Origin: Selaginella moellendorffii
Taxonomy: Eukaryota; Plantae; Lycopodiophyta
Direction: 5' to 3'
NCBI RefSeq assembly: GCF_000143415.4
Contig: NW_003314263.1
Coordinates: 3,482,451-3,546,450 of the forward strand
DNA length: 64,000 nucleotides
Shown here piece after piece: positions 25,110-36,485 of the stretch. The notes beneath the pieces were generated by a model. It did no database searches. It was not told where the DNA came from and saw nothing but the letters and a program-made list of their open reading frames with translations. Each line of letters starts with the position of its first letter. Position 1 is the first letter of the stretch. A program made the position numbers and the translations under genes.

Positions 25110-26258
25110 CACTGCTTGAGCTGGCCTACAACAGAGCTGTTTGTCTTTACCATCTAAAGCATTACGGTCCAGGTAATGTTATTCTTGGACAATCAATGAA
25201 CGAATTTTCTTTACGTTAGTTTGCAGCTCTTAGTGTTCTTGCAGAAATTCTGGAACATGGAGTGCGACAATATCCCGAACTCAGCATTGGTAGGTATGCT
25301 CTTTGTCACCACATTAGTTGCTTTGCATATATTCTAGACTATACATTTTCTGTTTGTAAAGCCACGTAAAGGGCATTGAGCTATGTAGCGTTGGAAACAG
25401 CCCAGAGCTCAAAGAATCTGCATTAGTCGAAGCTTTCAACTTGAAGGTCCAATCAAAATTCTTTTTGACTCACTTGATGTGGTTCTTTGTTTAGGCTGCC
25501 ATTGACTACGTTAATGGAAATTTGGAGGCCGCAAAAGAAAACCTCACTGACATGCCACCACGTACAGAAGAAGAGTTAGACTCAGTACATTCTGATACTT
25601 CGGCTAAGTTGTTTATTTTTGTTTTTTCTTTCCTCAGGTCACGCTTCACAATCAAGCCCTGATGAATATGGAAGTTGATCCTACTGCAGGCTTCTGTAAA
25701 CTTAATTTTTTGTTGCATTTATTCTTTTATGATTATTCTGACCACTCGCTATAGAATCCTCCATTTCCTTCAGAGACATTGGCTAATCTACTTCTGCTGT
25801 ATTGTAAACCTTCCCATGGATTCTACGATCTTGCTACTGATGTAATGGCAGAGCATGCGGAAGTTATCTTCAAGTATCTATCTCAGGTACGCTTGAGGCA
25901 CATAAACTTCACAAGCATTAGTTTTTTTACTTCTAATATTATGCAGGACTTCTACGACTTTATTAACTGCATCATTTTGACAAAGACGTCACCGGAGGTT
26001 ATTCAATTGTTGAGATGTTGTTGAGCTAAGCTTGACTATCGGACAGGATGCATATCAAAAGATGAATGAGCTGGCAAATCATTATAGTGAAACCATGCGC
26101 AGGCTCACCAAACAAATCCAAGATTGTTGTCTTTCTCGCAATCAGAAGGGCCACAAGAAGGCTTTGGCAGAGTATGAAGACTCTCTTGAGGTAAGATGTT
26201 CCTAATGTTTTGTCTTTTCATCGGCTCTTCTATAGTATTATATACCTATCATCATAAA
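25110..26258 (+). pseudogene. IFT70: IFT70/TTC30 middle exons, opposite strand to the 3' exons
   Basis: Spliced: ELAYNRAVCLYHLKHYGPA|..EILEHGVRQYPELSIG|..SVGNS..LKESALVEAFNLK|AAIDY..NLEAAKENLTDMPPRTEEELDS|VTLHNQALMNM..|PPFPSETLANLLLLYCK..YDLATDVMAE..|..ALAEYEDSLE|YYIPII, then breaks; N-terminus absent. Confidence 0.88.
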
Positions 26259-28072
26259 ATTACGTGCAAGTAGAGCGTATTTTGAAGAAATTAATATGTA
26301 TTGTAGACAATCACAAGTCAAAGGAATGGCTAAAGATTATAGCCAAAATTTCTACTCACAAATTTAAGTTACTTATATAGATCATCCAACTCCTAAAAGA
26401 ATATATAAGTGGATATTAAAGAGTAAGTGAGCATAAATTTGATCCTCCAACATATCTAGTGGGGAAGGTAAAATTTAAAGTAGAGGTGGAGCTAATAAGA
26501 TTAAGCCATCTTAGCAAAATATGGAGAGTGTGATGGAAAAAATTCATAAATGCACATCCATTGGTTAGGTAATTTTGAGAGATTGATTCTTAAATTTATG
26601 AAAAATGAATATGGAATGAAAAATATTTAGTAGAAACTTCCATGTTTATCCCCCCTGCCAGTACAACCCATACAAGGTACCTATGGCATAGCCATCTTGC
26701 ACATGTAAAAGGCATATACACAATATACATATAAAGTTCCAACCATTGGATATTTGTTAGACTATAGGAGTTCCTAATGGGAACATTCCTTATTGTGGAA
26801 TAGCCAGATTGTGCTACATTCTTGTTTGAGTTTGCAATCCTTCACAATCCTTCAACAACCATTTCACAATGTTTTTGTTAGGACTTCCTAATGAGTTTTT
26901 GTCGATGGATTTTCTTTGATTACATGGCCATGATATGGTAAGTTAAATTGACTACGTCAAACAATCCTTCTCCAATGGAATGGAATTTTTGACAGCATGC
27001 TAGAATAAAAAAATTTCCTTCTCTCAACAAGTTGAAAATTTCCCAATGGCATAATGTTTTTTCTATTGACAGGATGGAAAATTCTCTTGCCAAGAGAATA
27101 AACCCTGATGAAACTGCCTCTTGGGATCTTTTTCTTTTAATGGTATGTTCCACTAAAAAGAATTTTTTTTCTAACACAACTCTCACTAAGAAAATTTACC
27201 ACTTGATTGACATTAGTTTTTCTATCGGAAGTATCTATGAGGACCTCCTAATGGGTATAATGTTTTTTTCCTTCGACAAAAATTCTTCTAATGGATATTG
27301 CTAATAGGTAAATATTCTTAACATAAAGTAAAGATGTTTTATCAAAGTTTCTTCTTGATAAAAAAAGAAATTTCTGATAGGCTAGATGCTATTAGGAAGA
27401 GATTGCTCAAGCTTTTTACCGATGGGAAGGATGTCTGTTGGAAGAGTTTAAAATTTCTGTTAAGTTGAAAGAATATTCAAGTCCACAAAACATTCAAATT
27501 TAAATAATAAAACCATTGTTTGTGTTTCATATGGTTTAGTTTTTACAAGCTACAAGCTCATTTATAATCAATTTTAATAGTTTCTTACTAGTTGTGGAAT
27601 CAATTAAAGGTTATTTCACTAATAAATGGTATCAGAAGGTGTTAAATATACTACTAGTAATCTTGAAACTTGATTATATTATTTTTCAAGGATTGTTAAC
27701 TTCTCACAATCCTTATATAGTAAGGAAGGGATATATTCTAAGGATCTAATCATATTGACAAAATATGAATGCATAAGTTAGAGTGTATTTTTCTCTTTAT
27801 TTTCACTAACTTTTAGATTAACAAGTATCCTAATCTAGAGTTCAAAGGGTTCAATTCAATGGAAAAGCCGAGAAATTCATGCAAGAGCTGACACCAATCA
27901 AGTTTGATATAATTGCTATAACCCCAATATTGTCAAAAGTCATGATCTCTAGCTCAATGGCCTCAACTTCTACCTCAATGGGTTGACTTTTATATTTAAT
28001 TCTTCACTTGAAGAAGTTCTAGTGATAGATGTAGCAGAAGAGTCAATTGTAGTGAATGGATTTGATGTCAAG

Positions 28073-28566
28073 TATAAACTCTTGAATTTAAATTTCTAAA
28101 AGATCACTCAACTCAGTATTATTCAAATTTATGGATGTTTAACCCCAAGTATCTCAAAAATTTTAACCGATTTGAAAAAAAGGTGCACTCTCATTCATGA
28201 GCTCTTTCCTTTTAAATTTGAACTTTTATAGACTTTCTCTTAAATCATTTTTTTAGTTGCTTACAATCCATCATGCTTCCTTATAATTTTACGCCCTCAT
28301 GAATGGAAGTTGAGAGCTATAGCTCTCTTGAGAGCCCTACTCTCTTGACACTTTACCCCTCGAGTTGAGTGCAACTGGAGGCAAATTACATTTATTAGAT
28401 GTTAATCTCAACATGTGGTGTGATTTCTTTAAACCAACCAACAGAATCGGACTTAAGACAACTTTGATACCAAATGTAAAATTTTGAATTTAGACTTCTT
28501 AAAAGGTCACCTAGCCCGATACTATTTAAACCCAAAGGATATATATCCCAAAACTCGTAACCGATT
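28073..28566 (-). mobile_element. Cassandra-type TRIM (5S-bearing LTRs, PBS, about 209-bp non-coding internal domain)
   Basis: LTR 28073-28265 (tataaac...gcttaca); second LTR from tgtaaa at 28475, truncated at ~28566; PBS tggtatcaaag on - strand at 28472..28462; purine-rich tract next to 28266; both LTRs contain 5S C-box-like sequence. Confidence 0.75.
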
Positions 28567-29469
28567 ATTACTTCTTTTAATTTAGATTGGAAAGGACCTT
28601 TTTCATAATGGGCTTAAATATTCTTCAAGATCATTATCCTCAACTAAATTATAAACATTGTTTGCATTGAATATTGTTTCTCTCATTCCGCCCTGACTCT
28701 TTGATGATACATTCATAAGAGTAAACTACTGGATTGGCCATTGAGTGTCTTGGGCTTCCTTCACAGTCTCCAACATGACTTTTATATGTTTAACAATGTA
28801 GACATGAGAACTATTAGGTCCTCATATCTAGCAAGATGATATACTATAGAAGTTGTAAAATATATAGAAAGAATAGTTTTCAATCCTTATTTTTTCAAAC
28901 AATTGATATACCTTTACTATTAGCAAAAACACTAATTTCTTACTCAGTTTCCTACCACAAAAGAAAAATTAAAATTTAAAAATCAAACTAATCCTCAAAA
29001 TACAAAGATGTTTGTCTCAAATAATATCATCAATTGATTCAATTTTCCTCTTCCTGCTCTTTGTATCACCGGCAACAATCCACTTATATTGCATTATAGT
29101 CATCATAGAAAAACTATCAAAAACATATTAGCATCTACAATCTACTATGATTTATTGTGAATTATCACAAAACTTACCTTTACCTATAAGACTTGAGTTG
29201 GCTGATTGATTTGTCTCCCTTGGATTAATGTGTCATCACTAGATTAGTTGCACATCACACATGCTTTGAAAAAAAAAGAGAAAGAATTCTAGAAAAAAGA
29301 AAAGTATGCTTCATCCTCCTTCTTTGAGATTCACCTAAGCGCAACCCAAGTTATAATCTAGTGTCAAATGTGGCCATTTACAATGCCACACCAAAATATT
29401 TACTTCTAACAAGAATTGTGAATGATGTATAGCATCTCACGGTAAAAAATTAGTGTTATTGTTACCTTA

Positions 29470-30300
29470 GCGGAAAATGGAGAGTAGAAAACAACTTCTC
29501 TTTGCAGCTTTGAACATACATGGTAAAAAATGAATTGAACCCTAGAATACAAAAAATCGTAAATTTGTTTTTTGAGAGAAACATGCTTTGAAGTTTCTTA
29601 AATCTTTCCCATTGGGAAAGAAAAAGCCAAATTTTCCTATCAGGAGGCACATGTTCCTCTTGGGAAGTATAAAGCAAATATTTCCTGCGATAAGCATTTT
29701 TTTCCACCTCCCAAGGTGGCTTATCACAACTTGTGTCAACAACAAATTCCTTGCTTTTGAGTTTGTTGGGTTGGAATTAACTGTACCACAAATGGATCAC
29801 CTAGGATCAACTTCTTATGTGAGACCTTCTAGTGGATTCCAATTTTATCAACAGAGCACTCAGACACATTGCTTAGTGAAAATTGGTTGGGAACATTCAT
29901 CTTTCTCATTGTCATGAATTCATCCATCCGGAAAAATGTGTATCCATTGTCATGAATTCATCCATCGGGCAAGTACTATATATAACACTACATCCCACAT
30001 GTGAATACCTGATGTCTCCCAATGGGATTGTATGAATACCCAATGGATACACATTTTAGCATTCTTCAAAACCCCATTTCTAAAAATCATGTCTTCTTGA
30101 TTTCTGGCTGCCGATTTCTGCGTTGAAAGTGCGTCCTCCTCTGCTACAAGCCATCGCTCTCTGCACAAGTACCCATCCACTTGCCTGTTGTCTCCCACGC
30201 TTTTCGGTTCATTGATGGACTTAGAGTGGCTACTGGTGCAACAACTGTCTAACCTATTACTATATGCAAATGACATAATGCTTGTGGTGAACTACTACAA
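29470..30300 (-). mobile_element. Degenerate Ty3/gypsy RNase H/integrase fragment
   Basis: Decayed GIPLE..SD.G.H-like and G.VE..NK-like motifs in broken frames. Confidence 0.5.
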
Positions 30301-30339
30301 GACCAAATAAACAATTTGTCAAGTCATAATGTAATACAT

Positions 30340-31260
30340 ATTAGAGTGGCCTCTTTCCCCTGGAAACACTCACATGGCGGCACACAATCATCTATATCCG
30401 AAAGAGCACATTTCTGAAGCTAGAGAAGTTGCGGATCATGCCATTGTGGAGTCACAGCAACTCAGGCAGGCGGCTGGTGGCAGCATGAAACAGTGGACCA
30501 AAAGACTCAATTTGAATCTCGTCACAGAACGATTACATGAAGATCTTGAATTCAAGACACACACCATGCTAATAAGCTGGATCCAAGCCGAGAAGAACCA
30601 CACAAATTACAAGCTCTATGTGGGCGAGATCAACCCAAAGGAACAAGTGGGAACAGCTTTCTACGATCAGCTCTCCCCCTGGACAGAAACTCCTTGCAGG
30701 TTGACTACTCGTGGAACTAGGTTGAAGAACAAGACCAACAAAGATCCCGCGACATCTGTAACTTTGCCCAGTGTGTGGCATGTGTGTTGAGACAATAACA
30801 TATGTGGTCAAGGAATGCCCAGGATACGATGAGTTACGAGATCCCATGAGATATGCCTGTAGCTAACATCCTTGGGACACCTGAGAACGCGGTGGAGATA
30901 ACCAGGTTCCTGGAACAGATGGATGTCCAGAGGCAAACACTTGTCAATGAAACAATGCACGGCTGGAAAACGAAAGGAAACAACAGAACAGACGACACCA
31001 AACTCGCAGTGCCATACTCCAATCACCAAAAACAAGCAACACAAAGTTGTAACAACAACGAACGGACAACAATCCACGGCAGAAGAAAGCAGGAAATTGG
31101 TGGCGACCTCGATACGAGCAGCGCATCCTTTGTCTGGCTGCCAGAAGAAGAACGTGGACAAAGGAATCCACTGCGCTGCTGCTATGGCTGCCAAGGAGTC
31201 TGGAGGTCCTTGCAGTGGAATTCCGACAGCGACAATCGCTATGACCTGAGCGAGAGAAAG
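30340..31260 (+). mobile_element. Possible LINE ORF1 remnant
   Basis: A-rich broken frames with knuckle-like remnants; no recognisable domain. Confidence 0.25.
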
Positions 31261-31763
31261 GAGCTGAGTGGGGAGAGAAGTGGGGGAGAGAAGCGACGGA
31301 ATATAATTTGGTATATTAATCTGACGCCCCCTGCTTCCGCCGCGCCGACTCGAGCCAGTGTTGCTCCAGCGGGCGATTCCGCCGCGCCGACTCCATCCCG
31401 TGTTGCAGCTTGCGCCAATCCAGCGGGCGATCCCGCCGCGACGACTCCGGGCGCTTCCGCCGCGCCGGGTCGAGCACGATACCTGGCTGCTCTCCGGCGA
31501 TTGGTTACTCTCGCCTGGCCCGGGCTCCGAGGTCGCGCCTGGCGCGCTGGAGCACACGCTTGCGTCACTAAAGCGTCTCCCGAGAGCACTAGATCTTGTG
31601 TCTTCCTCATTGATGCTGACCTAACAAAAAAAAAAAAAAAGGAGCTATTACACATTACTGTATGTTGTGGATGAGAATATTTTTACGAATATTTTAATAT
31701 ATTTCCTGATGTTATATCCTATTTGCTATTTTATTTCTTCACAAGATTAGGGCTCTTGGCAGA

Positions 31764-32873
31764 ATGGGCGAGGATCTCGACATGGAGGACGCGAACGCCT
31801 GGGAGGAGGAGGAGCGGCGCCAGGAAGAGGACGATTTGGCGGCGGCGGAGGCCATGGAGCTGGGCTATGGCCTCACATTGGCCGAGGAGAATGCCCGGGA
31901 CGAGGAAGCCGAGCAGCTCGTCACAAAGCTCCAGTCCCTCTTCGATCACTTCCAGGTACCCATGGATTTCCAGCGCGAGCTATATTCCCTCCTCCGCCTC
32001 GAGGATCGCGCGCTCTTCAAGCCCATCACGGACATGGCGCTGGCATCGGCCGTGGCGGAGATCAAGACACACCTCACATTCCATCTCTCCAAGGTCTTCC
32101 TTCTCTTCCGCCGCATCCGTGGCTCCTCTCGCGCCAAGATCTTCCTCCAATCCCTGGCCCTGCTCGATCGATCGCCCTCTTCCTCAGCGGCGACGCTCGA
32201 TCAATCCCGGCCAACGCCGCCACCGCCTCCGCCGCTACACTACCACTCCCTCGCCCGCGCTACCATCGCCGCCCCGTGCTCCAGGCTCTACCTCAAGCTC
32301 GATCCTTCCAGCGATGGCGATGGCGATGGCGATGGCCTCTCCCAGTGGAAAGATCTCGTCTTCCAGGAGCTCTTGGGCGATCGGCTGCGCGACACGATGA
32401 TCCAGGTACTGCTCTTCGACGCTCGATCCAAGTCCCAAGACACCGCCTGGGCTATCAATCTCGGCGATGGACTGCTGTTCTTGGCGGAGATCGCGGTGTT
32501 CCAGGACCGAGCTGGCGAGCTGGGCATGTTGATGCGTCGCGAGGTGGGCGATCCGCGAGAGATTGGCGTGAGGCACCACCGGGATCGCCTGGCTCACGTC
32601 TTCGAGTACTCGCGGCTTCCAGTCGGCGAGAAGGACTTCTTTGAAGCGAAGCTGGCTCCTCCGTCTCGATCGATCGCCAGCGACTCGAGTTACGTTATTT
32701 ACAAGAGGATGATCCAGCAGGTGGAGCGAGCCAGGGATGATCCGCGCTGCTACCGCTGCTACCGGAATCACCAGCGAGCTCTCTATGACTACTGCGTGGA
32801 TCGGATCAAAGAGCTTCACGCTCCACTGCTGGAAGAATTCGAACAAAGTAAGGCGGCAGTAGCACCACTCTAG
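31764..32873 (+). CDS. Intronless hypothetical protein, 369 aa, acidic N-terminus
   Basis: Long GC3-rich ORF from ATG to TAG flanked by AT-rich sequence; poly-P and DG repeats; no recognised domain. Confidence 0.75.
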   Translation: MGEDLDMEDANAWEEEERRQEEDDLAAAEAMELGYGLTLAEENARDEEAEQLVTKLQSLFDHFQVPMDFQRELYSLLRLEDRALFKPITDMALASAVAEIKTHLTFHLSKVFLLFRRIRGSSRAKIFLQSLALLDRSPSSSAATLDQSRPTPPPPPPLHYHSLARATIAAPCSRLYLKLDPSSDGDGDGDGLSQWKDLVFQELLGDRLRDTMIQVLLFDARSKSQDTAWAINLGDGLLFLAEIAVFQDRAGELGMLMRREVGDPREIGVRHHRDRLAHVFEYSRLPVGEKDFFEAKLAPPSRSIASDSSYVIYKRMIQQVERARDDPRCYRCYRNHQRALYDYCVDRIKELHAPLLEEFEQSKAAVAPL

Positions 32874-33030
32874 GAGAGAGAACCACTCGATGGATAAAAA
32901 CTCGAAACTTACAAAAGATATTCGCTGCTCTTCTCGAAAGCTTTTGCGAGCACTGAAAGAAAGTTCACAAGTGTATCAGCCATCGCGAGAACTTGAAACT
33001 AGAAACTGACCTCGAGAGCAGCGCTATAAG

Positions 33031-34580
33031 TTATATCAGCAATCGTTCTCCTTTCTTGTGGCTTTGCCACTGAAGTACCTCTCCTGCTGTTGGCCTTCGT
33101 GATGGTTCCAAGCGTAGCAGCGCTCGGACGAGATCTGTGAGAGCTGCTGTTCTGCCGGGGAAAGAAGCGATCTGGACCTCCACCTCGGGGTTTGGACGCG
33201 GGAGAGGCTCTCCCGTGGCCCATTCGTAAACCATCACGCCAAAACTAAACATGTCCGCCTCGGCGCCGGGTTCCTGGTCCATGAGTAGCTCCGGGGCAAC
33301 ATACGCTCCGTCGCCTTCTTCCCAGTCCCAAAGGCTTTGCTTCTGGACAGCGAGACCAAAGTCGCAAATTTTAAGTGTACCTGGAAAAGTACCGAGGCCA
33401 TCAAACGAATGACTTTTTGTTCGAGCAAACAGACCTTCACTGTCGCCGCATATAAGAATGTTTTCCGGTTTTATATCGAGGTGAAGGACACCATGTGAGT
33501 GTATGTGATCCAGACCCGACGCAACTTGGCGTATAAAACACCACACCTGCATAGAATCCATGAATCTTCGTTCGTAAGCCATGATATGAGAGAGCTGGAA
33601 GTTTGTTTGTACCTTGTTCTCGTCAAGTGGTTGTGACAAAGCATCCAGATAGTTGCGAAGGCTGCCACCGTCGCAGAGCTCCATCTGGATGTGAAAGTGC
33701 GCGTCCTGCTGCCATCCTCTATAATATTTTACGACGTTGGGATGCTCCGGGAGACAAGCAACGCTCTGAATCTCCCTAAGGAAGCGCTCTCTGTCTTCTC
33801 GAGCAAAGAAGGGCTGTTTGCTGATTTTCACGGCACAGAGCACGCCGTGTCTCCTGTCACGAGCTTCATATACCTTGCGTGAAGGAGGAACGAAGACGAG
33901 AATGTTAGAATGGTTGTGAATCACAAATACGTATAGGTACCTTGCTTGACGAGCCTCGACCAATCTCCCGGAGAAAATCGAAGTGTTTGTCGAAGAGAAA
34001 GTTGCTATACGTTCTCTTTAACTGGGTTGTCATGAGCAGCTTTGTTTCACTCAAGCTGCTCTGTCGTACCATCTCTTTGCTTCTGGAAATGCAAAAACAC
34101 TGTGTTACAGTGAAAGGAAAAAAGAAGGGACAAGAGAAAAAACCTTAGCGTGCGAACGCTTGGAGCACCGGGGCACTCAACCACAATGGGCGTTCGTGGC
34201 GTGGTTCTCGGTGTTCTTGGGGATGCCAGTGGCGGAAACTGGACGGGCGTAGGCGCGTCCTCGAAACCCACTTGATCGAGACGGCTATTCTGCAAGCTTG
34301 ACGAGAGCTCCGTTTCCTCCACGCTCTCATTTTCATGGTCAATCACATCACTCTGGCATTCGCTCTCAACCTGGATCGCAAGGACTTTTAAGAAACCCAG
34401 CAATAAACTTGTGCTAGGAAAGGAATCGCGAGGAAACGCACCTACTTACCTCATCACTAAGGCCGCTGAGAACGCTCGAGGTATCAGACTTCCTGCGATG
34501 GAACCACGGCTCGGCCTCCACATCCTCTGCCCCAGCGGCGGCGCCGCTCATCGGAATCGACTGCTCCAGGAGACAATACT
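33031..34580 (-). CDS. WEE1: WEE1/MYT1-family protein kinase (multi-exon; start codon unresolved, possibly about 34660)
   Basis: IGRGSSSKVY, CAVKISK, HPNVVKYYRGWQ, IQMELC, HLDIKPEN, DFG, EEGDGAYVAPE (WEE1-family EGD motif); SP/TP-rich N-terminus. Family-level call only. Confidence 0.82.
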
Positions 34581-35192
34581 GTGAAATCTATCTACTCTTC
34601 TAGCATTCCTGGAGCTCCAGACTTACGCGCGAATCATCCCTACAGCTGGCGCCGGCGCCATAGCTTCCCCTCTCGCTAGAACCCTAGAATGGGGAGGCCC
34701 TTGGAGGGAACATTTCAAAACGCACGCATCGCGGCCGGTGGTTCCGACGGCCAGGATGCCTCCACCGTGGCACCACGTGTTCACTGGGCAAAACCCTACA
34801 CGGCCCGTCACGCACATCACGCCCGTCGGGGCCGTCACCCATAAAATCCTGACGGCTTTGCCCTTAGAACCTCTTTTTTGGGTGTGTGTGATATTGGAGT
34901 GGCCATGGCGGCCTCCTCCTCGCCATGACGATCGCCGCGTCGATCACATCGCCGCGCCGCATTCTCTCGCAGATCTCACGAAGCGATCCCAGCTGCGGCG
35001 AAAATCCAGGCATTGCGGCATCGCGTCGAGGCGGCGGTGCCGGATCCAGGGGAAACGCTCCAGTGAGCGCGCCGTGCTGGTTCCGAAATAAATGTGGGTG
35101 CGCGGGCGATGCGTAGGGGCTGAGGAATCGAATTGAGGCATCGATAATCACAGCGGTAGGTTTTTGGTAGCGTAGCAGCAGGGCTCGCGGAT

Positions 35193-36349
35193 ATGTATAC
35201 TAGGGAGAGAGTAGGGTATAGCCTTGGCAGCAGTGGTAGGAAGTCCGAGCTTTACTTGGATCACGAATCTAAAAGCTCCAAGGGAAGCAAGGCATCGCCC
35301 TCGACCTCCAAGGCGTCGGCGGCAAATGGAAAAGAGAAGGAGAGGTCGGTGGTAGCGCCAATGTCTACTCCGGCTGGACGACGAACTGGCGGTAGCACTG
35401 ATAACAAGGCAGCATTGTTTGAGAAATCTGTCACAGAAGATGGTAAGTTTTCTAGAATTTTTTTTCTACTCTGTCGTGGTTTTATTTCTAGGTGGACACT
35501 GACTTGGTCGTGTTTTTTCTTTCTCTTTTCTTTAGTTGAGGAGTCGGACACCGAGAGCGAGGAGTCCGATGTGAGTGGCTCAGACGAGGGCGAGGAGTTT
35601 TCGTGGATACCATGGTACTGTGCACTAAGAGGGAACGAGTTCTTTTGCGAAGTAGACGCCGAGTACATCCAGGATGATTTCAACTTGAGTGGCCTCAGCA
35701 ACCAAGTTCCTTACTACGAGTACGCCTTGGACCTTATTCTTGACGTCGAATCTCCAACTGGTGAGCCTTTGCTTTTGCATTTGTGCGTCGCTCGTTCTAA
35801 ACCATTCTCTTTGCAGATGACATGCTAACCGAAGAGCAGAACGAGATTGTGGAATCCGCCGCGGAGATGTTGTATGGATTAATTCATGTGCGCTACATAC
35901 TGACAAGTAAAGGCATGGCTGCCATGGTGAGTGCTCTAGCTTTTGCTGTTTTGTATCAAAGTTTCCTTTCGTGCTCGCAGCTGGACAAGTATAAAAATGT
36001 GGACTTTGGCCGATGTCCGCGAGTGTTCTGTGGCGGCCAACAATGCCTCCCAATGGGGCAGTCGGACATCCCTCGCCAAAGCACTGTGAAGATTTTTTGC
36101 CCCAAATGCGAAGACATTTATTACCCCCGCTCCAAGATCCAAGGCAGTAAGTTTTTTTACTTCTCGTTTCCTGTTTGCTCACACATCACCTTCTCGCTTC
36201 CAGACCTTGACGGAACTTACTTTGGAACAACGTTCCCGCATCTCTTCCTCATGACATATCCACACCTCAAGCCCGCCAGGCCGACGCACACGTACGTTCC
36301 CAAGATTTACGGCTTCAAGATCCACAAGCAGCGTTCCTCATCGAAGTGA
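35193..36349 (+). CDS. CKB: Casein kinase II regulatory subunit beta (5 exons)
   Basis: [50 protein letters not shown]...[26 protein letters not shown]; plant N-terminal extension. Confidence 0.96.
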
Positions 36350-36485
36350 GAGCAAGAGTGAACTCTACGACACCGAGGCCCGCGTTTTGTCCATCCGGTT
36401 CGTTCGCGAAAGAAAAAGAGAGTAAAATTCATTCCATTTGTTTGATTGATCTTACGTTACAATGGCAGACCATCGTATCCTCTCG

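Noticed and set aside
26260-29460. Possible DNA transposase fossil around the TRIM
   Set aside because: Only faint hAT-like hints; too decayed to support a call
31320-31640. GC-rich ccgccgcgccg repeats followed by an A15 tract, suggesting a SINE or retrocopy
   Set aside because: No Pol III boxes or TSD identified
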